From an uncultured Candidatus Saccharibacteria bacterium (GTDB lineage Bacteria; Patescibacteriota; Minisyncoccia; UBA6257; 1-14-0-10-44-23), in assembly GCA_964641225.1 (NCBI GenBank), contig CAZXKC010000003.1, positions 1,177-65,176 of the forward strand: a DNA stretch of 64,000 bases. The letters run 5' to 3'. A model generated the notes under the pieces. The model was not told the origin of the DNA and made no database searches. It was given only the letters and a program-made list of their open reading frames with translations. How positions within the stretch are numbered: position 1 is the first letter of the stretch; the number at the start of each line of letters is the position of its first letter. This document shows positions 55,228 through 64,000 of the stretch, piece by piece. The position numbers were made by a program, and so were the translations under genes.

Positions 55228-55923
55228 TTAGAATGGTGAAAAGGTAAATTGTAATGCCTCGCTTTGTCCGTTTACGTTTGTCACATAGATGAAGAATGGG
55301 AGCGTAGCATCAACACCGCCAACTTGATCGCGTGTAAAATTAATGCCCGGTATCGAAGCGGGAATAGCAAATGTTAATGTCGTACCGTCAATAGATGCGA
55401 CATGTTTAAGCTCCGCATAGCTTGTAAAAATTGTGTTATCGTTTGTAAAACCTGATCCCTTCAGCGTCACAACCGTATTAAATGAGCCATATTGTGGCGA
55501 GATACTATTAAGATAGACAGCGCCTGCGACAGGTGTGGTATGTGCTGAGTTCTGTGAAATTCCCTGCATCTGCGCCCAGAGACGATTAAGTGTAAGGAGC
55601 GTTTGCAATCCAACCGTGCCTGTTCCATAACGCAGGCCAACAGGCGTTAAAATATCAGCTGCAAATTGCTCCTGAAGGCGTATAACGGCAACTCGCGTCT
55701 TACTACCGAAATAGACAGTCTCCTGGCCAGGCGAACCATCGCCGGTGGCTGCGATCGGCTTACTCAGAACGCGATTAAGCAACTGCTGCAACGCAAATAC
55801 ATCTGGACCACTGTCGCCGATGCGTAGTGGGCGCATAAAAATCTGCGTATCAGCCTGCGCACACCATGGAATAACGGCAAGCAGGGCAGTTGCTACAAAA
55901 AAAATTGCTTTTATTGACCTCAT
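55228..55923 (-). CDS. Secreted protein with peptidoglycan-binding and IPT/TIG-like domains
   Basis: LRIGDSGPDVFALQQLLN, YFGSKTRVAV..Q, G.VG..T...LN; SISPQYG...VTLKGSGF. Confidence 0.82.
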   Translation of the reverse strand: MRSIKAIFFVATALLAVIPWCAQADTQIFMRPLRIGDSGPDVFALQQLLNRVLSKPIAATGDGSPGQETVYFGSKTRVAVIRLQEQFAADILTPVGLRYGTGTVGLQTLLTLNRLWAQMQGISQNSAHTTPVAGAVYLNSISPQYGSFNTVVTLKGSGFTNDNTIFTSYAELKHVASIDGTTLTFAIPASIPGINFTRDQVGGVDATLPFFIYVTNVNGQSEALQFTFSPF

Positions 55924-55973
55924 AACAAATTCATTGTACCACGAGCCATAGTTTCTCATGATATACTATCACT

Positions 55974-56663
55974 ATGGCAACGGCTGCAAAGAATGCGCTT
56001 CCAACGCAAGATTTTGTTACGGTAAGCGCCGTTAAAAACGGCGTCCTGATTCTGAAAAATGGCGGTTTGCGCCAAATTTTGCTTGTTTCAGGAATCAATT
56101 TTGATCTTAAAAGCGAGGATGAGCAAAATGCAGTGATTGCCGGCTATCAAAACTTTCTTAATTCGCTCAATTTCACCGTTCAAATTTTTATTCATTCGCG
56201 TAAAGTGAATATTCAGGGATATATTGAAAATCTTGCGCGCCTTGAAGCAGCAGAGAGCAATCCGCTCCTTAAAACTCAAATCGGCGAATACAAAGAATTC
56301 ATTAAGGCCTTTACGAGCGAAAACGCAATTATGCAGAAAAGTTTCTTCGTTGTTGTCCCATATGACCCGATTCAATTAGGAGGAAATGGAGAAAAACCAA
56401 GTTTTTTGAGTGGAATCTTTGGGAAAAAAGGTGCGGATGCAGATGAGGCGCGAAAGACCGAGGCCGACAATCGCTTCGCAGAACAAGCCGGACAATTATC
56501 ACAACGCACCGAACAGATTGCGACCGGGCTGAGCCAGCTTGGTTTACGAGCCACGCCGCTCGAAGACCAAGAGGCGATTGAGCTGCTTTACAACCTCTAT
56601 AACCCTGAGTCTGTCGAGAAAAAAGGACTTCGCCTTACCGACGAAGTAAAACCGATCGCATAA
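55974..56663 (+). CDS. T4SS accessory protein upstream of VirB4 (TraC-like N-terminal module)
   Basis: GINFDLKSEDEQNA...FLNSLNFTVQI.I.SRK; ELLYNLYNP. Confidence 0.8.
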   Translation: MATAAKNALPTQDFVTVSAVKNGVLILKNGGLRQILLVSGINFDLKSEDEQNAVIAGYQNFLNSLNFTVQIFIHSRKVNIQGYIENLARLEAAESNPLLKTQIGEYKEFIKAFTSENAIMQKSFFVVVPYDPIQLGGNGEKPSFLSGIFGKKGADADEARKTEADNRFAEQAGQLSQRTEQIATGLSQLGLRATPLEDQEAIELLYNLYNPESVEKKGLRLTDEVKPIA

Positions 56664-56696
56664 CACCATGGATCCCGTACGAATCACACAACCATC

Positions 56697-58403
56697 ATGG
56701 ATGATACTGTAAAAAATATTATTGCACCGGCGGCACTCGAGGTTTCGCCTAACTACATAAAACTTGGCAATAAATACGCCAAAACATTCTTTATATTTAC
56801 ATATCCGCGCTATCTTTCGACGGGTTGGTTTTCGCCAATCATCAATTATCCGGACCTGCTCGATGTCAGCATTGTTATCAATCCAGTTGATTCGGTATCG
56901 GCACTTAAGCAGTTGCGCAGAAAGGCGACTCAGGTTGAGGCGCAGCTTATTGAGCGCGAATCAAAAGGCATGATTCGTGACCCAATTCTGGAGACTGCAC
57001 GACAAGATATCGAGTCGCTGCGTGACGGCCTGCAGCAGGGGCAGGAAAACATGTTCGCCGTTGGCGTGTATATAACGCTCTACGCTGAAACAGTTGAGGC
57101 GCTTACGAAGCTCGACGGTAAAATTACAAATCTCCTAGAAAGTCGTTTAATTTACGCAAAGCCAACACTCTTCCAGCAAGTCGAGGGGTTGACCTCGGTC
57201 ATGCCGATCCAAAGCGACAGGTTAAATATTACGAGTCAGATGAATTCCGGCCCGGCCTCATCGCTCTTCCCGTTTGTCTCGTTTAACATGACGACCGACC
57301 AAGGAATCATGTACGGCATCAACCGGCACAACAACACACTAATCATCTTTGATCGATTTAGTCTGGAAAATGCCAACATGGTGATCTTTGCAAAATCCGG
57401 TTCTGGTAAATCATATGCGGCAAAACTTGAAGCACTACGCCTTCTGATGACGGGCACAGACGTCATTATTATTGACCCGGAAAATGAATACGAAAAATTA
57501 GCCACAGCCGTCGGCGGCAGCTATTTCAAAATTAGTCTTGGATCGCAATATCACATCAATCCATTTGAAATTCCGATTATTCCAAAGGACGAGGACCCAG
57601 GCGAGGTACTGCGTAGCCACATCGTCACGCTAACTGGCCTTATCAAACTCATGGTGGGGGAGACGACTCCAGAGGAGGACACGATTATTGATCGTGGCTT
57701 AAACGAAGCCTATGCATCGCGCGAAATTATTCCGGGCAAGGATTTTTCAAACGCAACTGCGCCGGTACTTAAAGACCTGGAGACGATCTTCCGCAACATG
57801 GATGGCGGCTCCTCGCTTGCCGAACGGCTGTACCGCTTTACTGAAGGCAGCTTCTCAGGCTTTACCAACCAGCCGACCAATATCGACCTTCACAACCGGT
57901 TAATTGTGTTCTCAATTCGCGATCTCGAAGAGGAGCTGCGCCCGATTGCAATGTACATCGTCCTCAACTTTATCTGGAGCCTGATCCGCGGTGAATTTAA
58001 AAAACGCATTGTGATGATCGATGAGGCATGGATCTTAATGAAGAACCGCGACAGCGCCACATTCTTGTTCGGCCTGGTCAAACGCGCACGCAAATACTTC
58101 CTTGGCATTACGACGATCACCCAAGACGTAGAAGACTTTTTGTTGTCGCCCTACGGCAGACCAATTCTGACCAACTCAAGCCTGCAGCTCCTGCTCAAGC
58201 AGGCGCCTGCAATGCTTGATACGCTTTCTAAAACATTTAACCTGTCTGAAGGGGAGCGCGGACTACTCCTCGAGGCTAATGTCGGTCAAGGATTATTCTT
58301 TGCCGGTCAAAATCACGCGGCTATTCAAATTGTTGCCAGCTATCCGGAAAACCAACTGATCACCACGAATCCTGAGGAGCTACTAGCTCAAGGCAAAGAA
58401 TAA
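56697..58403 (+). CDS. virB4: VirB4-like T4SS ATPase
   Basis: AKSGSGKS, IIIDPENEY, IDEAW, KRARKY...ITQ. Confidence 0.92.
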   Translation: MDDTVKNIIAPAALEVSPNYIKLGNKYAKTFFIFTYPRYLSTGWFSPIINYPDLLDVSIVINPVDSVSALKQLRRKATQVEAQLIERESKGMIRDPILETARQDIESLRDGLQQGQENMFAVGVYITLYAETVEALTKLDGKITNLLESRLIYAKPTLFQQVEGLTSVMPIQSDRLNITSQMNSGPASSLFPFVSFNMTTDQGIMYGINRHNNTLIIFDRFSLENANMVIFAKSGSGKSYAAKLEALRLLMTGTDVIIIDPENEYEKLATAVGGSYFKISLGSQYHINPFEIPIIPKDEDPGEVLRSHIVTLTGLIKLMVGETTPEEDTIIDRGLNEAYASREIIPGKDFSNATAPVLKDLETIFRNMDGGSSLAERLYRFTEGSFSGFTNQPTNIDLHNRLIVFSIRDLEEELRPIAMYIVLNFIWSLIRGEFKKRIVMIDEAWILMKNRDSATFLFGLVKRARKYFLGITTITQDVEDFLLSPYGRPILTNSSLQLLLKQAPAMLDTLSKTFNLSEGERGLLLEANVGQGLFFAGQNHAAIQIVASYPENQLITTNPEELLAQGKE

Positions 58404-58420
58404 TGCGGTATACTGAAGAT

Positions 58421-59071
58421 ATGTCTGTCGTGCGGCGCATCACCGCTTTGCTTAGCATACTCACGGTTCTAACCATGAGTCAGTTTGCATTTGCACAATC
58501 AACCCCGAAACTGCTTATTACCTGGCAGGCACACACGCTGGTGAGCCCACTCTATAAAGGAAAGGCGCTGCCCTCTGCCGGTAGCTCGATAGATGTCAAA
58601 CTACTTGCCCTACAAGGCGATACAATACTCAACCTGGCTGCGCAGGATATTACCTGGCTGCTTAACGGCACAAAAATTGCCAGCGGCAAAGGCCTGACCT
58701 CGCTCGTAGTGCCGCTCAATTATTTTGGCACCTCGCACTATACGCTGACCGCACTGCTTCCTGACTACGAGGGAGTTAATTTGAGCCAGGCGATCGCAAT
58801 CGATACGACCACGCCGCAGCTGATTATTACCGGCACGCCCAGCGCAAGGCAGTCAACGCTTGCATCGCTGTCTGCCTTTGGATATTTTTTTAACGCCCTT
58901 CGGCAATCTGATCTCGACATAACCTGGAGCGCAGGAGGAGTTAGTCAGTCGGGCAGATCAATCACGCTTGATTATGGCACTCGCTCGTCACTGAGCGTGC
59001 AAGCGCAGGCGCGCAACCTACTTCAGCAATATGAACAGGCCCGTGCAAACTACACCATCTACCACCCATAA
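58421..59071 (+). CDS. Secreted Ig-like protein
   Basis: Signal peptide AFA; ITWQA...P.Y.GKALP..GS; ITWLLNG...SGKG. Confidence 0.72.
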   Translation: MSVVRRITALLSILTVLTMSQFAFAQSTPKLLITWQAHTLVSPLYKGKALPSAGSSIDVKLLALQGDTILNLAAQDITWLLNGTKIASGKGLTSLVVPLNYFGTSHYTLTALLPDYEGVNLSQAIAIDTTTPQLIITGTPSARQSTLASLSAFGYFFNALRQSDLDITWSAGGVSQSGRSITLDYGTRSSLSVQAQARNLLQQYEQARANYTIYHP

Positions 59072-59072
59072 T

Positions 59073-60167
59073 ATGCGCAAAACAAGCATCATCCTTGGAG
59101 TCTTTCTGCTGAGTATTGCCGCCTGCGCCTATGTGTATGCAGAGGAAAACGCAACGACACTCATCGTTCCGATTAATAACGTAAGCACCGTTACAAGCCC
59201 GGGTCAGTATATTAATTTAATTTATCGCTGGGGTCTTGGTCTTGCAGCACTTGTTGCGCTTGCGCGCCTGGTAATGGGCGGCGTACTTAAAACGCTCTCA
59301 GCGGGTAACGTAGTCGAAGAGGGAGCGGCCAATCAGGTTATTAAAGACGGCATCTTCGGCCTTATTTTGCTTATTTCAATTGCCCTTATTCTAACGACAA
59401 TCAATCCAAATTTAACCTCCATCGACCTGCCGAGTCCGGGAGAGGTCAAAGTACAGAGAGCGGTAATACCAGGCAGTTCCAGTACCGCCTCCATTAGATT
59501 TGTTCCAGAAAATGCGACCGAGAATGTTAAAAGGCCATACGTCACCCTCTACGGCCTTATCGATGAATACGTGAACAAGAAAAAAGTTGGCTTAGCAGTC
59601 AATATTAATTTCGTGACCGGCTACATAGGAAGCAGCCCGGCTGGATTTTCGGATATCTATGACTACATGACCGCTGCTACCGAAGCGGAACAAAAAAATG
59701 ATATTGCCAATCGTGACTTCTACCGTGACGTCGTACTCAAAGGGATACGGTACGCAAAAACAGTCATGGAACCGGCTGATTTTGCTCTTGTAACTGACAT
59801 CATGAATAAACAAGTCCCGGCAGAACTTAATGCAAAAGAATACCTTAAAGACAATCCATCATTCCCCGAATATAAAGCACCGCAAAGAGGGAGCGCAGAA
59901 CAGGAACGAGCCCTTATTTTACAAGAGGCGGCGAATTTAAACACAGAAGACAAGAAATTATTTGCGAAATTTAAAGAAGACATCGATGACGAAGAAAGCT
60001 TTGTCGCAGACAGCATCACCTCGCATGCGAAAAGCCCAGCGGCTCAGCTCGCTATAAATTACGCAAAAGTCACCTTCGACACGGAGTACTACGCTCGTTT
60101 TGTAGGCAGACTAAAATATGAACGAATTTACGAATATAATCCTGATATTAAAATTCCACCGCTATGA
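59073..60167 (+). CDS. T4SS pilin-like (VirB2/TrbC-type) N terminus fused to a long soluble C-terminal domain
   Basis: YINLIY.W.LG.A...A....V.GG.....SAGN.....A...I...IFGL..L.....IL.TINP.L. Confidence 0.75.
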   Translation: MRKTSIILGVFLLSIAACAYVYAEENATTLIVPINNVSTVTSPGQYINLIYRWGLGLAALVALARLVMGGVLKTLSAGNVVEEGAANQVIKDGIFGLILLISIALILTTINPNLTSIDLPSPGEVKVQRAVIPGSSSTASIRFVPENATENVKRPYVTLYGLIDEYVNKKKVGLAVNINFVTGYIGSSPAGFSDIYDYMTAATEAEQKNDIANRDFYRDVVLKGIRYAKTVMEPADFALVTDIMNKQVPAELNAKEYLKDNPSFPEYKAPQRGSAEQERALILQEAANLNTEDKKLFAKFKEDIDDEESFVADSITSHAKSPAAQLAINYAKVTFDTEYYARFVGRLKYERIYEYNPDIKIPPL

Positions 60168-61276
60168 ACGCTAAGAAAATTCTCATCGTCATAGGCATCT
60201 TGATTCTTGCAGGCGCAGGTGGTTATTTTGCCTTCCAAAAAATCGCAGCGCCTACGACAACCGGCACCGGTAACCCATCGACATCGTTCCTGCCAGAATC
60301 AGACCAACAAACCTCGCAATCCTCAACATCGCAGCTCGCCACACTAAGCGATATTCCTGTTCTAGATTTTTGGATTGATCGAGGAGATAAAACTATATAT
60401 TTTATCAGCACCGACAACTCGATATATGCACTGCCGGCTGGGCAAACGACAAGCCCAGAGAAAATGCATGATCTCAGCAGTGACCCGCTCTTACTGACGC
60501 CATCTGCAGAGGGAAGCGCGGCACTTATCCAAACCAAGGGCTTAACAGACAATCTTTTCTCGGTTATTAATCCAAGTATGGGTTCGCAGATCTTCTTGCC
60601 GCTTGGCACCGGCGCAGCAACATGGGGAACAACGAATAAAGAGGTGATCTATTTGAGCGATAAAAAATTCAATAGCCGAACTCCAGCGGGATTGTATAGG
60701 TTTACGCTTGCAACAAAGCGATCAACGTTTATAGGGCCACTCGATATCACCGATGTGACGCTGAATCTTATAAGCGCAGACGAACTTGTCGTGCAGCAAA
60801 AATCATCAGCGGGCGTATCCAGCGAGATGTTTGTATATAACCTGAAGAAAAAAACACTTATGCAATATGGCGCAAGCGGGACAGGACTCAGTGTGCGCTG
60901 GGCTCCATCAGGAGCAAAGGCTATTATAAATTCCTTTGCGCCAAATTCGAACCTTAGCTATCTTAGTCAGGGCAAGACTATCACGCTCAGCGCGCAAACG
61001 ATGCCAGAAAAATGCACGTTTTTTACGACCTCGCTGCTGTGCGGCGTGCCCAAAACGCCTCTGAATAATTCAAATTGGGCGCTCCCAGACGACTACTATC
61101 TTGGTAAACTGCTCACAGACGATACCTTGTTCCAGATAAATCCCGAAACAAATCTAACGACTTCAATATATGCGCCAGTTGAATCGATAGACATGTTTAA
61201 ACCGCTTTATGATGCCGGGACCCTCTACTTCATCAACCGACACGACAACAAACTGTATTCGCTCGCTCTCGACTAG
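60164..61276 (+). CDS. Membrane-anchored beta-propeller-like protein
   Basis: N-terminal TM; beta-rich repeats; PEKC...LLCGVP...LPDDYY.G...T.D. Confidence 0.72.
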   Translation: MNAKKILIVIGILILAGAGGYFAFQKIAAPTTTGTGNPSTSFLPESDQQTSQSSTSQLATLSDIPVLDFWIDRGDKTIYFISTDNSIYALPAGQTTSPEKMHDLSSDPLLLTPSAEGSAALIQTKGLTDNLFSVINPSMGSQIFLPLGTGAATWGTTNKEVIYLSDKKFNSRTPAGLYRFTLATKRSTFIGPLDITDVTLNLISADELVVQQKSSAGVSSEMFVYNLKKKTLMQYGASGTGLSVRWAPSGAKAIINSFAPNSNLSYLSQGKTITLSAQTMPEKCTFFTTSLLCGVPKTPLNNSNWALPDDYYLGKLLTDDTLFQINPETNLTTSIYAPVESIDMFKPLYDAGTLYFINRHDNKLYSLALD

Positions 61277-61310
61277 AACAACAAAGCCGCCCAAGGGCGG
61301 CTTTGTTGTT
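61277..61310. terminator. Bidirectional terminator between the T4SS cluster and jag
   Basis: AACAACAAAGCCGCCC-AA-GGGCGGCTTTGTTGTT. Confidence 0.85.
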
Positions 61311-61324
61311 AGATTATTCGTTGA

Positions 61325-61756
61325 CTAGATAGGCTTAATTACTACGCATCGATCCTTGCCCTCGCCGGCGCTCTCAGTTTTAACATCAGGGCGCATTGAA
61401 AGCTCGGTGTGCACGAGACGGCGCTCGTAGGCATTCATAGCAGGTAGGCGAACCTCGGTCTTAGTCACAATTACTTTTTGAGCAGCAGCCTTTGCGATTT
61501 CTAAAATCAGCTTTTCGCGCTCTTTACGATAATTGTTAATGTCGATTACATACGTCGGCTCATCGGTTTTGCGCGCAAGCACGGCGGCGAGATATTTTAA
61601 ATCCTTCACCAAATCAGGAATATGCTTACTAAACCACTCGTCTTCATCGGCGGTAATACTAATTCTGCGGCCAGCCTCGTCAACCTCAACCGCCATGTTG
61701 CGTAGTGAGAGGTAGCCGATAACCTTCTTTAGTTTTTCAGGAAGCGTGTCAGCCAT
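61325..61756 (-). CDS. jag: Jag/KhpB-like R3H RNA-binding protein (short form)
   Basis: DINNYRKERE, PAMNAYERRLVH..L, TESAGEGKDR.VVI. Confidence 0.88.
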   Translation of the reverse strand: MADTLPEKLKKVIGYLSLRNMAVEVDEAGRRISITADEDEWFSKHIPDLVKDLKYLAAVLARKTDEPTYVIDINNYRKEREKLILEIAKAAAQKVIVTKTEVRLPAMNAYERRLVHTELSMRPDVKTESAGEGKDRCVVIKPI

Positions 61757-61763
61757 ATAGAAG

Positions 61764-62459
61764 TTACGAAGTTTTTACGAGCGCCTGCTGCTTACTAATG
61801 CTCATCTGTTGGAATATAGAGAAGATCGCCGTCGTAGTCCAGTATAAACCAATAGCGGCAGGAAGTTTAGGCAGAATAATCACCGTAAGCACTGGCGCCA
61901 AATAGGCCATATATTTCATGCTCGCTGGCTGCTTAACACCGCGGGCGGCCGACTGCTTCATCATCATATGACTCTGCACAAAGGTTGCACCTACGGCGAT
62001 TGCCACGATGATTAAGTTTGGTTTAGCAATATCAATCAAGCCCACAAACATCGTATTAATAGTGGTAGGCGCCGGAATAAATGAATACAAATTTGCTAGG
62101 CTATCGGCTGTAATACCAACCAAGAAAATCCGGTACACGGCAAATAAAATTGGCAGCTGGATAAAGGTATAAAAAATTGAAGAGAATGGATTGGTGCCAT
62201 ATTTCTTGTACATGGCCATCATCTCCTCAGCCTGCTTAGCCTTATCGTTCTTATACTGTTCCTGGATCTTCTTCATCTCCGGCTGCATCTGCTGCATCAC
62301 CATCTGGCTCTTAAGACCCTTATAAAAAATAGGGTATAGAATAAACCGAATCGCCAGCGTAAGACCGATAATAGCCAGCCCAAGATCGCCAAAAGTAACG
62401 TATTTATAGAAGACAATCAGCAGGTTAAAAAGAGGCTGTATAAGGATGAGATTAAACAT
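61764..62459 (-). CDS. yidC: YidC/Oxa1 membrane insertase
   Basis: GLAIIGLTLAIR, QPEMKKIQ, NP...IQLPIL, GLYWTT. Confidence 0.95.
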   Translation of the reverse strand: MFNLILIQPLFNLLIVFYKYVTFGDLGLAIIGLTLAIRFILYPIFYKGLKSQMVMQQMQPEMKKIQEQYKNDKAKQAEEMMAMYKKYGTNPFSSIFYTFIQLPILFAVYRIFLVGITADSLANLYSFIPAPTTINTMFVGLIDIAKPNLIIVAIAVGATFVQSHMMMKQSAARGVKQPASMKYMAYLAPVLTVIILPKLPAAIGLYWTTTAIFSIFQQMSISKQQALVKTS

Positions 62460-62476
62460 AGTAGGAGATAAAGAGG

Positions 62477-62785
62477 CTATATAAGCGAACGCAATTCTTC
62501 AAGAATAGCATGCTCTGGTGCGCTGCGCGCGGAGGCATGTACGGTTATAACGACATCAACCGACGGTTGCGTTAGAATACGCTGCTCCAGCGCATTATAC
62601 AAGAGCCGGCGCAGCGCATTGCGCGCGGTAGCCCGCTTATCGACAGACGAGCCAATAACAACCCCGAAGCGGCTGTAGGCGAGCGCTCCTGTCATTATTT
62701 TTAAACTAAGATACCGGCCCCTTTTCAGAGTGCCTCGTACGCGCAGGACAGACTGAACTGGGAGCCGGTATTTTTTAGCAAGCAT
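62477..62785 (-). CDS. rnpA: Ribonuclease P protein component
   Basis: MLAKKYRL, RFGVVI...KRATARNALRR. Confidence 0.92.
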   Translation of the reverse strand: MLAKKYRLPVQSVLRVRGTLKRGRYLSLKIMTGALAYSRFGVVIGSSVDKRATARNALRRLLYNALEQRILTQPSVDVVITVHASARSAPEHAILEELRSLI

Positions 62786-62817
62786 GGGAGATAGTAATTC
62801 GCTGCAAAACCCAAGCG

Positions 62818-62952
62818 TTAGACTGACAACTTCTTGCGACCCTTGCGACGACGCGCTTTCAGAACTCGGCGACCGTAGCCCGTGCTGCTGCGCTTAAGAA
62901 ATCCGTGTGTACGTGCTCGCTTTCGCTTCTTGGGTTGGTAAGTTTTGCTCAT
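62818..62952 (-). CDS. rpmH: 50S ribosomal protein L34; not in ORF track
   Basis: Hand-translated: [44 protein letters not shown]. Confidence 0.97.
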   Translation of the reverse strand: MSKTYQPKKRKRARTHGFLKRSSTGYGRRVLKARRRKGRKKLSV

Positions 62953-63044
62953 ATATTTGTGAGCTCTATACTACAAGAAAAAAAATAATTACGCAAGTCG
63001 GGATGTTCTCGACTATACCCGCACACCAACTGCTAGAAAAATCT

Positions 63045-63188
63045 TTGACAGCAAAAAAATTGCGTAATAAAATCGCGGCGTCGGGCTGGCCCTTGCTACT
63101 GAGTTGGTGTGCGGGTATAGTTATGCACACCTCATCCACACTTTGTTCTAAATCGCCAGTTTGACGGACTCTCGCATACGACTAAAAT
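63045..63188 (+). promoter_or_regulatory. Tandem dnaA promoters flanking two DnaA boxes (oriC-proximal)
   Basis: TTGACA-17-TAAAAT (63045-63073); TTATGCACA 63121-63129 and TCATCCACA 63132-63140 (each 8/9 to TTATCCACA); TTGACG-16-TAAAAT (63161-63188). Confidence 0.78.
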
Positions 63189-63204
63189 GGTAAGCGAGAA
63201 GTGA

Positions 63205-63307
63205 TAGAGGTAGTAGCGATTAGAGGTAGTAGTAAAAATTTAAAGTCTTTTCGTATCGCAACCTCTTCTAATCCCTGTAGCACCTCTAAAGTCCTCTAAT
63301 CCCTCTT
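63205..63307. repeat. Inverted TAGAGG / CCTCTA arrays in the dnaA 5' UTR
   Basis: TAGAGG at 63205 and 63221; CCTCTT/CCTGTA/CCTCTA/CCTCTA/CCTCTT at 63262-63307. Confidence 0.7.
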
Positions 63308-63317
63308 TTTCTACCTT

Positions 63318-64000
63318 ATGAACTATAACGACGATGCATTGATCCAAACGAGTGCTTCTTCTAATAATGAAGAACTGCTTGATGAGGCATCGCTCGAGCG
63401 ACTCTGGCAGGCGGCATTAGGAGAAATTGAGATCCAAGTATCACGACCCAACTTTGTAACCTGGTTTAAAAACAGCCGCTTCCTTCAAAAGAAGGGGAAT
63501 TCGGCATGCGTCGGGCTGCCAAACAATTTCGCCAAAGAATGGATTGAAAACAAGTACTCCAAGGTTGTCCTTGGCGCTCTGCGCACCCTTGAACAGAGCA
63601 TTATGAAGGTTGAATTCGTTGTCGTCGGCAGCAAGGGCGCTCCGACCAAGCCGCGACCATCTGCTACGCGCCCCGAAGAGACTCAGATGACCTTCCCGGA
63701 GTTTAAAATCGACCCAGAAACCGGGCTGAACCCGCGCTATTCCTTTGGCTCATTTATTGTCGGTAAATCAAACGAGCTGGCGTACGCAGCGGCAACCGCC
63801 ATCGTCGAAGAAATTGGCAAAAAATACAACCCGCTCTTTATTTATGGCGGCGTTGGCCTTGGTAAAACCCATTTAACCCAGGCGCTTGGCAACGAAATTG
63901 CAACGCGCTACCAAAATAAAATTCGCGTAAAGTACGCACCGGCAGAGAAATTCACCAACGAGGTGATTTGGGCAATCAAGAATAAGCGCATGGAGACGAT
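63318..64000 (+). CDS. dnaA: Chromosomal replication initiator DnaA (partial, runs off window)
   Basis: Hand-translated: LWQAALGEIE...NFVTWFK, PNNFAKEWI, LNPRYSF..FIVGKSNELA, YNPLFIYGGVGLGKTHL. Confidence 0.98.
   Translation, partial: MNYNDDALIQTSASSNNEELLDEASLERLWQAALGEIEIQVSRPNFVTWFKNSRFLQKKGNSACVGLPNNFAKEWIENKYSKVVLGALRTLEQSIMKVEFVVVGSKGAPTKPRPSATRPEETQMTFPEFKIDPETGLNPRYSFGSFIVGKSNELAYAAATAIVEEIGKKYNPLFIYGGVGLGKTHLTQALGNEIATRYQNKIRVKYAPAEKFTNEVIWAIKNKRMET

Noticed and set aside
62907-63164. 85-aa ORF in the rpmH-dnaA spacer
   Set aside because: It overlaps rpmH antisense and the dnaA promoters and DnaA boxes; no protein features.
1863-63307. Short repeat arrays as CRISPR
   Set aside because: Units are 7-9 bp with no unique spacers, and no cas genes are present.

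Overview
This is a chromosomal window from a Patescibacteria (CPR, probably Parcubacteria) genome. The assignment rests on the streamlined gene set, promoters placed a few bases before ATG, a CPR-type T4SS-like cluster and class II NrdJ. The window ends at jag-yidC-rnpA-rpmH / DnaA boxes / dnaA (partial), the usual oriC neighbourhood. Core content: rpmE, nrdJ, tRNA-Phe, tRNA-His, recA, rodZ-like, coiled-coil lytic transglycosylase, rplY, a thymidylate cluster (NDT-like, dCMP-deaminase-like, dcd, thyA, folA), fba, rpsA, rpsO, NYN, pnp, comM, pcrA, rsmA. An ~18.5 kb island next to tRNA-His (about 6158-24800) carries a large serine recombinase, a tyrosine recombinase, a surface protein behind an unrecognised structured leader RNA, a CsoR-controlled copper operon, and an SF1 helicase-Vsr plus PD-(D/E)xK nuclease pair. 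The least explained signals are four: (1) three GC-rich stand-alone mini-gene cassettes with promoter, 5' hairpin, strong Shine-Dalgarno and structured 3' end, in a genome whose core genes mostly lack SD; (2) the ~190-nt switch-like leader at 11369-11545; (3) intergenic inverted arrays of degenerate 7/8/9-mer repeats ending directly at start codons; (4) two copies of a MITE-like element with shared 20-bp terminal repeats. All protein calls come from motif recognition by eye; no database searches or folding programs were run.
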